A stretch of 64,000 bases of DNA from Psammoneis japonica. Taxonomy: Eukaryota. This document shows positions 13,201 to 24,773 of this stretch, piece after piece. Within the stretch, counting starts at the first letter, position 1, and each line of letters starts with the position of its first letter. The notes under the pieces are model-generated. The model saw only the letters and a program-made list of their open reading frames with translations, was not told where the DNA came from and ran no database searches. The translations under genes were made by a program, and so were the position numbers. The DNA is taken from the NCBI GenBank assembly GCA_008632985.1, contig QPGO01000129.1:124001-188000 (forward strand). The letters are read 5' to 3'.

Positions 13201-15639
13201 TTGCAGCTGTGACAAACAACGCATCCAGCCCAGTTGCATGTGGATTCTCCACACCAAACTTTGGCACCAAAACAGAAAGAGAAGAAGTTCACAGAACATT
13301 GGTGCCACAAAGCCAATGACTGTGCATCCATTCTAGATGCTTGCTTTGCTCAAAAGCACCACACAGCTCTGCACCCAGATGCACAGCAGTGCCACAATGA
13401 TTCTGAAGACAAACAAACACACACAGCACCAGTTTTTTAATTCAATGCAAACCCATCAAGAGTGTTGTCTTTTGCAGTTGGCTGCCTTTGCTTGGTGCAA
13501 CCCCTTTGCACTTTCATTGCATTTTGGTTGGTTGCCACACAAGGTTTGTGCAGCGCTGCTGTGGACATGTGAAAAGCTGCTTTGGAGTTGCACATTGATG
13601 AGGATGACCAACAATGCACAAATTTTTAGGCAACTGTTTGGAAGAACTCAAAGAAATTGCCACATCAACTGTGACCCAACCATCACACAACACAAACATC
13701 AACTGTGACAACAGCCCCAGTTGAGCCAGTGCAATGCTGTGTGACAAGATGAGCAGTGTGCAACAAATGCAAAAGTCATGAGAGGCATCAGAGCACAAAA
13801 GAGGCAGTGCAATTCTGCAACAACAGAAAGTGCTGCAGAGTCGATTGCAAGAACAAACAGATTTCATGCACAAGCCCTCTGAGGCTTTCTGTGCATTTGC
13901 ACAGATTTCACACAAGCAGCCTCCTCACAGGGGGATCCCATTCACTGGCCAAAACAAACTCTTTCTTGGACACAAAATGTTTTTGACAATTGCCAGCTTG
14001 GTGGAGACAGGTTTGGACAGGCAGGTTTTGCATGGTCCTTGATGGCTGCAACCAGGAAGGCCACCAGACCACCCACAACTTGCATCAACCAGAGACATTT
14101 CACTCAGCCCTCTGACCCAGTTTCTGCCCACCACCAAGGGCACACAATGGTTTTGTCATCTGGCTCCACCACAAGGTCGTTTGCAGGCATGTCATCATTT
14201 CCCTTGTCTGGCGGTGCTCCAGCCAGCATGCTGGGGACGGGGTTGGACGGTCGAGGAGCACAAGAGCCAAAGTGAGCTGCAACATCAGCGCAGCCCTTCT
14301 GAGTTGCACTGCAAACATGCTGAAGTTGGAGAGTGGTTCACGTGTCCTGCCCTTGTTTTCATTGGTTGGGGAAACCACCTGCTGGTTTGTGATGCTGTTT
14401 GACCTCACTGCTCCCTCATCCGGCAGCCGAACCCGGAAACCTCGCAAGGCGTTGTTTTGTTGCAATGCTTTGCCAATTTGTTGCCATTGCCCATTGCCAA
14501 TGGAGACTCTAGAGCAGGCCCAATGCTTCTCGCTCGCAATTGCTCATGATCATGACGACACAGCACCGCTTCACCTTACACTCTAGAGAGCAGACTCTAG
14601 AAGCAGCGGGAGCATCCATTGAGAGTTTACAGTGCACTGATGCAAAGCAACCCATCGCCCTGCAAAACCATGAGCCATGAGTTCAGCATCATCTGCGCTT
14701 GTCCAGGGGATGATCCTGTCGTTGCTGTGAAGTCAAGCCCTCCAAAGTGCAAGAAGTGTTTTCGCAAGGACGGCGTGACATCTGGGCATCCCAACCCATT
14801 TTTCCCGGATTTCTCTTTTCTCCCATGCGAGACTTTGTTCTTGATCCGACCCTTTGCCGTCTCTGCCACTTTTGCTTCCCTCTTGGGAGAATGAAGCAAT
14901 GCCATTGCTGCCCGTGGGTTTTGTGTCATGCCAGCACCAGCACGGCTTGTGTGCAACAAGAAGGTTGACAAAAATGGCAACAACGAAGACGGAGTGGGAA
15001 GCACGGTGAGGAACTCAATCGCACATGTTGGGCCTTCCTCAAAGACTTCCAAAGTTCACGCCTCCGTCTGACATGCAAAGTGCTTTTGTGGGTGCCATTG
15101 CCTTGGCATGCAGCACCATTTCAGATGTTGCATCGGCTGCAATGACACCTGAGAAAATGAAAAAAAATGGTTCGCAGCCATGGCGCAACTCAAAGCTCAC
15201 TTTGATGCATCTGGTGTGGGAGATGAGCTTGAAGAGGTGAGCCAAGACATTTTGTGGACAAGAGAAGCTGACTAAATTCCCGCTTTTTCAATTTTCAGGC
15301 CCTCATGAAACCCATGTTGTGAGGGCGTTTGCTGGGTGACATGAAGATCTTGAATGACATCCAAGAGAAGAATGATGCTGATCGTTGCAAGAAGGCTCGG
15401 TCTCGCAATGTCAGCAACATCAATGAAGAAGCCAAAGAAAGGAAGCGACAAATGAGGTTTGTCACAGCAGGCAAGGCATGGATGCATGTGCATCTTCAAC
15501 TGTGCTTGTCTGACTTTTGCTTGACTCACTCAACCGTCTCCAAAACTCATCGACATTCCCAGCTCATGGAGCCGAAATGATTCGGAGCTCCATTGATGAA
15601 GAGGTTGATCCAGAAGATTGAAAGACGGCGATTGCTCGT

Positions 15640-15810
15640 CACACCAAGACAAACATCTCCTGAGGACGTGAAACTCTTGTGCGCAAAGGACGACAGCGAT
15701 GACTGCCATGTTCTGCACCACTTTGTAGCTGTGGATGCAGAAAACGAGTCAATCGTGTGGTCATTGCACGGTGCACTGTCAATGTGTGGAGCCATCGTGG
15801 ACATTCAGGG
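15640..15810 (+). pseudogene. Class-3 lipase-like fragment (hypermutated)
   Basis: HFVAVDAENESIVWSLHGALSMCGAIVDI resembles the Lipase_3 segment F-A-D...IV-SIRGT-S--D---D. A GHSLG motif could not be recovered. Confidence 0.35.
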
Positions 15811-17518
15811 CATGGAATGTAAGCAGTGGGCATCACTCATGCTGCATTCTCACTGCAGGTCCAGAACGAACCCGGTCAGGACAGGCGAAATCTGTGAAAA
15901 AGGAGTTTCAATGGCCCACGCGTGCGGCACGCACATGTTCTTGTTTGATGATGTTCAGTGATCACTGTTGCTTTGTGCCAAGATTGCAGACTTTTTCGCA
16001 CACCGTTGGTTTTCTCAACCGCTCAGGTAACTGTGCAAGGCATGCCTGAGCACGGGGCATGGTCATGATCCCGCCCCCAGGCATTCCGCACTGGCACATT
16101 TTGACAATCGCGAACAAAACCAGTTTTCTCATCGCCAAGCTGCGTTTCTTCCTGTTGTGAAACCAAGCCGCCTGGACCAGGCAAAGGCAAGCCGGAGCAC
16201 AGCCACAAGTCACTCATCTCTCATGCAGAGCAATGAATCCTGGTGCATTGCCGAAACCAGGTGCTGCAGCACAACAGCTGCAGCTGAGAAACTTCGATGG
16301 CAGGCACTTGTGGAATCATCCCAAAGATCTTGATCAATGACGTCGTTGTGTTTTTTCCTGCGCTCGACATGTTGACAGGTTGCGCACCATTCGACAACAG
16401 CTTTGATTCTCTCCGCTTCACGAAAGACTGCTGAAGACAAGACGTCTGCTCGTAAAAGCAACAGAGCATCAAAAAGAGCAGCGATGGCAACAGAGTGCAG
16501 CACGCGAGAGCTGCGACCGTCAACGCAGTCCATTGACATGTGCACGGAATGAATGGCATGCAAATGAAGATTGCCACACTGCGCTTTTAGTCTTTCTGCT
16601 TCTCTGTTGCAAAGGTTCAAAGTGTGTTTCGAATGTTTGAAACACGCCAATGTCAAAAGTTGATGGAAATCGGTCGCGCAGGACAACATTGCCTCAAGAG
16701 TGCCATCATCAGATGGCGCTCAAGCTTTTTCCCATTTTCGGGGTGGAAAACCATCCCAAAAAAAAAGAAAAAGGGGGGGGTGCACTGCGGAGACAGCAAG
16801 AGAATCTTGCGAGTCAACCGCGTGCTAAATCAACACTCCCTGCGAGTGAAGACTTGCCGCACCACATCACTGATGCGATGGAACCCCAAACCCCGCATTC
16901 CGTCAATGGCATGATCTGCTCAGCGAGCTTTTGCTGCTTCGCAGACAAACGCTGCTGTCTGTTTCAACAGCCGTGACCTGACGGGTCAAGCGAACAGGCA
17001 ACTTCCTGCGGTCAAAGACACAGGAGTGACATGGACTCCAGGTCAGCGACATGCATTTGATTTGCCCCAACCTCCGGACTTAACTGGCAACACCTGCGCT
17101 GCCGATTTCAACAGCACACTTGTGCTGAAGCAACTTTGACAAAAAAAGAGAGACAAACCGCCAGCATTGGAGTCAAGCTCAAGGTGAATCAGGGAAAAAG
17201 AAGGATCCGATCACACCACGCGGATGATTCCGCGGGCAGTTGTTCATCACGCTTCTCGAATGACGAAGCGAAAGAAAAGTGCTTGGTCCTTCTCCACGGA
17301 TGGAATGCCAGCCTGAAACAGACAGTGTCGACGCTCCACAGGTGGGGTTCGTTGCACTTCTCTTCACCCATGGTGCCATCATCATTCCCGCGCCAATCAC
17401 TGATGACTCCCTTGCGGCATTTGTGCGGAGATGAACAGATTTTTGAAAACGGGCATCGTTTGAAAATGGAGGGAAATGATGTGGCTGGAAAAACCAACGG
17501 GCATCTCACTGTCACATT

Positions 17519-17771
17519 TTCATCGTGAGACCCCACAAATGCGGAGGGACCCTCCTGTAGAGCTCTACGCGAATTTTTGTATGTGGTGCTGAAACATGTA
17601 GCCTGCACACGCAAAACTGGTGCAGTTTCTACGACAAAAATCCGAAAAAACGCCCAGTTCGCTAGACAGCTCTGGTGCAAAACCTACGTGAACAGTCCCC
17701 ATACATTCACGTAGAACTCTACACATTTCCGGGTTGCGGGTCCCTCCGTATTTGTGGGGTCCCACGATGAA
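17519..17771. mobile_element. Small MITE-like element with 34-bp terminal inverted repeats
   Basis: ttcatcgtgagaccccacaaatgcggagggaccc (17519-17552) is the reverse complement of gggtccctccgtatttgtggggtcccacgatgaa (17738-17771) with 2 mismatches. No TSD established. Confidence 0.7.
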
Positions 17772-17839
17772 TTTTGTGTACATAGAGTTTGTGCGAACCT
17801 CTACGACGTCAGCCGAACTTCAAACAGCGCGAGCTCCGA

Positions 17840-18055
17840 ACTCCAGATTTCCTTGTCTCTCCACACTCAAAAAACGAAAAAAGAAAAGAAAAACGAAAAA
17901 CTTGAAAAAAACGAAGAAAATAGAAAAACACAAAATAATGAGCAACATGCAACATACTGTACAGTATGCCATCGTCGTCCATGTTGGAAGAGAGAAGGAA
18001 CTTGTCATAGACGATATTCACACGCATCAAATGAGCAAGAGAAGTCATTACTAGA
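17840..18055 (+). repeat. Diverged duplicate of the Hsp70 gene 5' leader and first codons (about 19530-19850)
   Basis: A-rich leader followed by atgagcaacatgc...tccatgttggaagag..gaaggaacttgtc..gacgat...caaatgagcaagaga, matching 19741-19835 with frameshifts. Confidence 0.75.
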
Positions 18056-18155
18056 AGTAGATAATAAAAGGTAAGGTACAAGGGTTGAGCGTGGAGGAAT
18101 ACTGTTGATTCATACACTCAGACCATTTACTGTCGTACCACCAGTCAGAAACATC

Positions 18156-19151
18156 ATGAGCAGCAGCAGCAGCGACCAGGAGGAGACTGAGCTAAACTGT
18201 GTGATGCAAAGGACAAGGGGCTTTGACAAGGAGAATCCGAATCATATGCGTGCGGCGCGACACTTGCTGTATGAGGTCAAGTTGGGGGCGTCTCGAGCGA
18301 TTGTCGCCATGACGAGTGTCCTGGATATGACTCCTAGAGGCGCCTTTATGTATGATACTACCAGAGCTGAGTGGTCGTCAAGTGTAACCAACATTAGCAG
18401 AGAAACGCAGGACAAATTGATTGATTGGCTGGGAAAGCGACCCATGCTCGACGAATACCATGAAAAAGAATCCAGAATAATAAAGGAGGCCACCGAGGAT
18501 CTGCTGCACGCGAAAGCAATTTGTACTGAGATACAGCAGATTATTCCTTTCCTAATGTCGTCACCGAACAAGCATGATGACCCAGAGAGACTGGACCTAC
18601 TCCAAAAGAAATATTTGAACGTCGTGGCGCCAGCGACCAACGGCGACGGAACTGATGCCTTTCGCATGGGTGAATACCTATGGTTTCTCGACTTGTTTTT
18701 GTATTCTCATCCATGCACTCGTGTTCTTGGTAAAGCGGTTTGTCAAGCTTGGGTCTATCGAACTCGTGCACACCAGCAAGACCGATCGATCAAGGGCGCG
18801 TCTCTTGGGCGATTGATTTGCTTTAACAGAGTTCAACGTGGCTACTCGCATCTTACAGGAGACAATGATTACCACGACAAGGTTTTGCTCCCGGAGAAAT
18901 ATGTTCGAGAATCGATCAGCTTGCTTGATGCAGGCGGTTCCAAATGGTCATTCGATTGGAATACGATGGGAAAATTGGATCTTTCAGACTTGCTCAAAAA
19001 GGCGGCTTCTCAGTGTGCGACATGTCAAAAGACGGACTGCAAACTCAAACGGTGCTCAGCTTGTAACAAAATCTTCTACTGTTCTACGGATTGTCAAACT
19101 ATTCACTGGAAACAGCATAAAAAGTTGTGCAAAGCATGGAGAACAACATGA
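18156..19151 (+). CDS. MYND-type zinc finger domain protein
   Basis: Intact ORF with normal Tyr content. C-terminal CATC...LKRCSACNKIFYCSTDCQTIHWKQHKKLC is a canonical zf-MYND. First ATG is at 18156. Confidence 0.9.
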   Translation: MSSSSSDQEETELNCVMQRTRGFDKENPNHMRAARHLLYEVKLGASRAIVAMTSVLDMTPRGAFMYDTTRAEWSSSVTNISRETQDKLIDWLGKRPMLDEYHEKESRIIKEATEDLLHAKAICTEIQQIIPFLMSSPNKHDDPERLDLLQKKYLNVVAPATNGDGTDAFRMGEYLWFLDLFLYSHPCTRVLGKAVCQAWVYRTRAHQQDRSIKGASLGRLICFNRVQRGYSHLTGDNDYHDKVLLPEKYVRESISLLDAGGSKWSFDWNTMGKLDLSDLLKKAASQCATCQKTDCKLKRCSACNKIFYCSTDCQTIHWKQHKKLCKAWRTT

Positions 19152-19582
19152 AGAGCCGTATTTTGCATGAGGTGTCGTCAACAGAAATCCTGCGGTCTGT
19201 AACAGACGATTAGAGCGGGTCTACATGTAGCCTTCATTGAAAGTCTAAAAGCATCGCAGGTGTATGAATCGAGCTCTGAGCATTGTCGCGTTTCGTCCGA
19301 TACAAATCCGGGCCAGAAGCATCGTCGATAGCGTCGTGATGCTCGGGTCCTCCGCAAGCGACGATAATGACACAATGGCGACTACAGTATACTACGACAG
19401 GTATAGCAGCTCAACATGCGCTAAATTTCCTTGTCCTAAACGTATGAATAGGTCCATAAGCCTACTTGCTCCTAAAATCACTCAGTCGCAGACCCTTGGC
19501 GGTTCAATGACGATGCAACATTACGACACCGAGAAAAAGGGACCCAAAGTCTGTTTTTTCTTGGACCTCGCAAAAACTGAGC

Positions 19583-19754
19583 AAAAAACGAAAGAAAGGA
19601 AAACAGCGCAAAAACAGCGCAAACAACGAAAAAAAGCACGCAGGCACACACAAAATGAGCAACATGCCAAAAAACGAAAGAAAGGAAAACAGCGCAAAAA
19701 CAGCGCAAACAACGAAAAAAAGCACGCAGGCACACACAAAATGAGCAACATGCC
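19583..19754 (+). repeat. Exact 86-bp tandem duplication covering the Hsp70 leader and start codon
   Basis: 19583-19668 and 19669-19754 both read aaaaaacgaaagaaaggaaaacagcgc...cacaaaatgagcaacatgcc. Confidence 0.9.
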
Positions 19755-21840
19755 GTCGCCGTCGCCGTCATCCATGTTGGAAGAGAAGGAGCTAGTCTTT
19801 GACGATTCGAACCAAGCAAATGAGCAAGAGACATCAATACTAACTAATACAAGTGGTGTTTGGGTGGGCGTTGATTTTGGAACTTCGAATTGCGCGGCTG
19901 CCGTATGGGATTCCAACGGAGGACGTGCAAAACTCATGCGACTGGGAGAGAGTGGTGGCGGTGGTAAAGCTAGTCGCATTGTCCCATCCGCTGTCGCATT
20001 CTTAAACGATGAAAAAGACAGTCATGGTGATCATCAGAACGGTACAATCATTGACGTTGCTGATATTCTTGGAGAGAAACACCGGGACGATGAACTTTCG
20101 CGGTGTGTTGCGGTTGTGGGACAAGCTGCGATGAATCTGTTTGGGAATCAGAGTCTCGAGCAGGAAAACTATGAAGTGGTTTCAACTTGTGTTATTACGT
20201 GTGTGAAACGTATCTTGGGCATGGCTGGTGACGACGATTCCACCAAGGACTTTTTGAAATCCATGCCGTTTGAATGCAGTACCGATTCCGACACGGGGAA
20301 CCTCAGAATTCAAGTGTCACCACTCAACGACACGGACGAGGTACTATCCGTCGATCCTGTTGATATTGTAGCAATTCTATTGAGGTATATTCGACTTATG
20401 GCGCAGCGCTACTTGAAGAAAGCGGTACGAAAAAAAGGTCTAAAGGTACCGTGTGATGAGACGGAGCACGCCGATTCCATACAAAATGTCGTGGTGGGCG
20501 TTCCTGCTCATTTCAGTCAAGCACAACGCCATTTGATTATGAAAGCATGTCAGATTGCTGGATTTGAAGGACACGTATCGACATTAACAGAATCAACGGC
20601 TGCTGCCATGGCGTATGGATTGTTTGTAGGAAGTCAGCAAGAGTCGCGGCACATTTTGATGTTTGACATGGGCGGCGGGACGACCGACGTTACCATTGCT
20701 AAAATGACCACAACGGACGAAACCGGCCCGGCGTTTCGTGTAGTGGTGGCAGAGGGTGATGGGCAGCTTGGAGGGACCGACATGGATCAGTGCTTGTTTG
20801 ATTTGGTTCTGAAGAAACTCAATGTCGAAGCGAAAAGTCTAACCAAACGAGAAGTGCAAAATCTTCTCTTGTCCTGTCGACGAGCCAAGGAGGAACTGTG
20901 TGGCGATGGTACAAGCAAGGTTGACGACGAAACATCAGTCACTGTTTCATTGGACAAACATCGATCTGTATCGGTTTCCATGAAAGATTTCAACAAGTCT
21001 ATTCAACCTCTTTTGGACCGTGCACGACATTTGGTGGAGCAAAAGGCATTGTTGCACTTTCATGACAAAGACCACAGCGGCACTCCCACAACAATTGTTG
21101 ACGAGGTTGTTTTGGTGGGTGGGGCAACACGAGTCCCTGCGGTGCGACACTTTCTAAAGGAGTTGTTTCCCCACGTGGAACTATGTTGTTCCCTGAATGC
21201 CGAGGGTGCCGTAGCTCAGGGCTGTGCCATCCAAGCAGCGATTCGGTCGAAACTAGTACCCAACCATGAAGTTCGATCTGCGCTCATGCTAGACGCATTG
21301 CCGCACGCAATTGGTGTTTTGGTAAATGACAAGGATTTTGTTTCAATACTGAAAAAGGACATGCCGCTACCTGCCATGGGATACGCTACCTTTACATTGG
21401 CAAACATTGATCAACCGGGTGTGACGGTGGAAGCGGTCGAGTTTGTTCCCGACTACCATGAACCGTATCAGCCCATGGGCACCTTTTCCTTCCTGTTACG
21501 TCGACTGTCAAAGGCACAGCTGGCTTCCTTGGGTAAACGGTCCGTTGATATTGGAATGACTTTGGAAACGAGTGGCAAACTAATTGTTTCCATTTTTGAT
21601 TGGAACGATCCGGAACACTTGGATAAGAGACGTCGTTTTCAAGCTGAAAAGATTCCGCGGTCGAACGACAACCTCGATTTAGGCTATGATGAAGCCAAGT
21701 CGCATGGGGTTGAACCAGACGAGAGCGTGACACTAGAACAAGTCTTTCTCTTTCTGGCTTGTGTCATTCTATTTGCACTCTACGTTGTGGTCAAGTTAAC
21801 CTTTCATGGGCAACCAGAGGAAACTGCGAGAATACTGTAA
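19741..21840 (+). CDS. Atypical Hsp70/DnaK-family chaperone with a C-terminal hydrophobic (putative transmembrane) helix
   Basis: Motifs VGVDFGTSNC, VVVGVPAHF, ESTAAAMAYG, FDMGGGTTDV, QLGGTDMD, VVLVGGATRVP and AVAQGCAIQA. Ends with VFLFLACVILFALYVVVKL and has no EEVD or HDEL. Start is placed at ATG 19741 because the upstream ORF extension is low-complexity duplicated leader. A 22-bp tandem repeat spans the stop (21820-21871). Confidence 0.92.
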   Translation: MSNMPSPSPSSMLEEKELVFDDSNQANEQETSILTNTSGVWVGVDFGTSNCAAAVWDSNGGRAKLMRLGESGGGGKASRIVPSAVAFLNDEKDSHGDHQNGTIIDVADILGEKHRDDELSRCVAVVGQAAMNLFGNQSLEQENYEVVSTCVITCVKRILGMAGDDDSTKDFLKSMPFECSTDSDTGNLRIQVSPLNDTDEVLSVDPVDIVAILLRYIRLMAQRYLKKAVRKKGLKVPCDETEHADSIQNVVVGVPAHFSQAQRHLIMKACQIAGFEGHVSTLTESTAAAMAYGLFVGSQQESRHILMFDMGGGTTDVTIAKMTTTDETGPAFRVVVAEGDGQLGGTDMDQCLFDLVLKKLNVEAKSLTKREVQNLLLSCRRAKEELCGDGTSKVDDETSVTVSLDKHRSVSVSMKDFNKSIQPLLDRARHLVEQKALLHFHDKDHSGTPTTIVDEVVLVGGATRVPAVRHFLKELFPHVELCCSLNAEGAVAQGCAIQAAIRSKLVPNHEVRSALMLDALPHAIGVLVNDKDFVSILKKDMPLPAMGYATFTLANIDQPGVTVEAVEFVPDYHEPYQPMGTFSFLLRRLSKAQLASLGKRSVDIGMTLETSGKLIVSIFDWNDPEHLDKRRRFQAEKIPRSNDNLDLGYDEAKSHGVEPDESVTLEQVFLFLACVILFALYVVVKLTFHGQPEETARIL

Positions 21841-22593
21841 AGAAACTGCGAGAATACTGTAAAGAAACTGCTACTACCAGTAGAGCATTATAACGAACGT
21901 ATGTGTGCACACTCGTACCTCCGATTCTATTAAGAAAAGAAAAGAGGAGGGGGCGCACAGCAGCAGGCAGCGCTGGTGGCAATGTTGCATCAGCAAGTGA
22001 CAATGTTGCTTCAGCAAGCGATGGCAGTGACTTTGCAACATTGGTCGATCGAACATGATGACAGTGACAGCACTCCAGCAACATCGAGTGTCTCGTCACC
22101 ACATCTTCGCCTGTCACAACATGCCAACCAAAATGACAAGAATGGACCAACAAGGTGTCTTCAAATGCCACTGGCACCTGCCCTTTCCGTTGTTTCACAA
22201 AAAGGCAGCATGGCACTTCTGCATTTGTCTTCCAACCCTGAGTGCAAACAAGCCTGTGCAGGTGCATTGGTGACCCATTTCAGAGAAAAAACCTGCAACG
22301 AAAATCCTGAAATTTGTGTGGTCATTTTTGGTGCTTCCTTCCTTGAGCAATTGCATTGATTCTTTCACATCACAACAGGAGCACACAAAACATGCCATGA
22401 AGTTTCTGCATGGTCACAAAGGATGAATGGGACAAACACAATTGCAAGAGACAAGAGAAGCATCTGACTGCCACTTGCTCTTGGCTCTTCAACCATCACA
22501 TTCTTCCACACCAATGCCTGAATTATGTGACATGTTCCAGCACCAGGTGACTTGCAAATGGGCCTTTTCATCAGCTTGTGTGTTGCTCACAAT

Positions 22594-23148
22594 GACGTGT
22601 TCCAGCCGCTCGTGAACCAAATCGTGCACAAAAACGACATTTGCGCGATTTTTGCGCGGTCCCTAACTTACGATCGAACTTTCACCACCAAAAGTATAGA
22701 TTTACTCAAATATATATGTTTTGCAACACTAACAAGACTCGTGTGAGTGTTGCAATATCATTGTTATTGTGCTATCTATGTTTTTCATTGCGTTAAAAGA
22801 TTCGTAACACAACGGATGATTTTCGGCGAAAATATTGCCGTTATTTTGATGTTACCTAAATATATCTTTCTACGATGATATTTGGTATGTTTTCTACCTA
22901 CAAAAAAATCTCAGTATAAATCTACTGACGTACAATCAGTATTGAGTCTACTGAGGAAGTTTATGATACATATCCCATGAGGATTTGAATACCCCTCAAA
23001 AAACTATTTAAATGTGCATACTCTAGAGTCCTATAAAAGTCAATCCGTCTAAGTATTTTTATTAAAATGCTGCATACACTAGAATATACATAAATTATAT
23101 TCAAAATCCGATTGTCGTTTTGTGCGTCACCTGGGACTGGAACACGTC
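22594..23148. mobile_element. MITE with perfect 12-bp TIR GACGTGTTCCAG and 4-bp TSD CAAT; TA-rich, essentially unmutated copy
   Basis: caat|gacgtgttccag ... ctggaacacgtc|caat. Interior is rich in TA although both flanks are TA-depleted. A related terminus lies at 22529. Confidence 0.9.
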
Positions 23149-23600
23149 CAATGAAGCACATTCACCCCAACCACAAGCATCAAAAAAATTAACCACCTTC
23201 TTCACACTCCAAGGGAATCATTTTTTCAATTAGGAGCAAGCTCCCCAATGTGGCAAACAGCATGCTCAACATGACAAGGAAAATGATGGCATGTGGCGAC
23301 GTGGACACTTTCCACCTGATGACAACCAAAACAATGTTTTCTGAGTTGTCACATTTGGCTCAATCTCTGCAGACACCAATTCTCTTTTCCAGGGTCATTT
23401 TGTGATGCCCCGCTCTGAAAGTGCTCAGCACACAAATGACAAAACATTGAATCTGCCACATCTGATTCATCCCGTGTTGTCATTTTTTCTGTGTCATGCA
23501 GGTCAATTTCAGTGGCCTTGTGTGTCAACTTTCTGTCATGCATGAAAGACCAACAAAATCTTGCAAACACAGCAGGGTCTGCTTTGACACAAAATCTGCC

Positions 23601-24379
23601 GATGGGCTCCAGTCCCAGGTGGGACTCCGTGTGACATTGGGCCCGCAGAATTCTGCGTGCAAGCTCCGCAGCAAATTCACGCTGCAATGAAAATGTGTGT
23701 GATCGCCAACAGAAAAAGAGGCAATTTTGCGAACGCATCTCCTCTTTCACACTTGGAGCACATCATTGACAGTTTGCCTGGGTTTGTTTCTTCAGACATC
23801 AACTTTTCTGCACCCGTGCTGTTTCGCGCGATTGCCCCATTTGAACAAAATCTTCAATTTTGAACACAAATCATCATGTGTCTCTCGTGCATGCAGCACT
23901 TGCATGTAAAATGCTCATGTGGATGTGCTTTTGCAGGTGTCTAGAGTGTGAACATTTAATTGGGTTTTTCGTTGGTGTGTGCACAAGTCCTCATCGGATG
24001 TGCATCACAAACTCCCTCAGTGGACTCAACACTGATTGCACTTTGGCACATTGTGCGCACAGATTTGTCTGCAAGCGGCAATCATGCCAGACAGCATCGC
24101 AGAAAAATTGCTTGTGTCAACATCAAAATGACGGCAATGATTTTGCCGAAAATCATCCGCTGTGTTGTGACTCGTTTGTTGCAATGAAATGCACAGATTG
24201 CACAAAAACAATGACGTCGCAACACTGACGCGAGTCTTGTCAGTGTTGCAAAACATTCAAATTTGTGCAAATCTGTGCTTTTGGCAGAGAAAGCTCAATC
24301 GCAAGTCAGGGGCTGAGAAAGTCGTGCAAATGTCGTTTTTGTGCATGACTTGGTTCGCGTGCGGCTGGAGCAGCACGTC
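23601..24379. mobile_element. Related MITE in inverted orientation, fully TA-depleted
   Basis: About 23855-24379 aligns as the reverse complement of 22594-23108. The left end gatgggctccagtcccaggtgggactccgtgtgacattgg resembles the MITE end at 57490-57533. Flanks do not form a TSD, so it may be composite. Confidence 0.8.
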
Positions 24380-24513
24380 CAATGTTGCTGGAGCACATTG
24401 CACGTGAGAGATGTTCTGGGCAGATCCTCACCTGGCAGGGCAGTGCATGAACAGCCAGGAGATGCAAAAGAGTGCCACAATGAATGCTGCTGTCACTGCT
24501 TTGTGTGCACACT

Positions 24514-24773
24514 GGCCTGTTCCAGCTCCAGGTGATCTGCTTTTCATCGCGCGAAAGGCCGATTTTCTGCGCAGTTCAGCGCAATTGACTCCTTCAACTT
24601 TGATCGTTTCGAAAATCGAAAGGTGAGTGTGCACCCAAAAACACATGCAAAGTGCACACTTGCCCTTCAATTTGGCAAAAAACGGATTTGGAAAAAGTTA
24701 ATTGCGCCAAATGCACAAATTTCCAAATGATGGGAATCGAACCCACGCGGAGCACCTGGAGCTGGAACAGGTC
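24514..24773. mobile_element. 260-bp MITE, TIR G(G/A)CCTGTTCCAGCTCCAGGTG
   Basis: cact|ggcctgttccagctccaggtg ... cacctggagctggaacaggtc|cgct, a 4-bp TSD with one transition. Interior matches 41879-42056. Confidence 0.85.

Larger units (their letters stand above)
1..17555. other. TpA-depleted (hypermutated) repeat/pseudogene domain 1
   Basis: TA is almost absent and TG/CA abundant. Residual TAs are mostly CTAG, TTAA, TTAG or CTAA. CpG is also scarce to about 14200 but retained from about 14200 to 17555. Normal TA content resumes abruptly near 17557. Confidence 0.9.

Noticed and set aside
14900..15580. Possible DDE transposase C-terminal fragment
   Set aside because: Only a vague charged helical pattern, with no catalytic motif or termini found.
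1..17500. Many 60-300 aa ORFs in all six frames
   Set aside because: A by-product of TAA/TAG loss. They are Tyr-free, Cys/His-rich, mutually overlapping and mostly lack recognisable domains.
19264..19740. N-terminal extension of the 858-aa Hsp70 ORF
   Set aside because: Low-complexity A-rich leader containing an 86-bp duplication whose length is not a multiple of 3. Probably untranslated.
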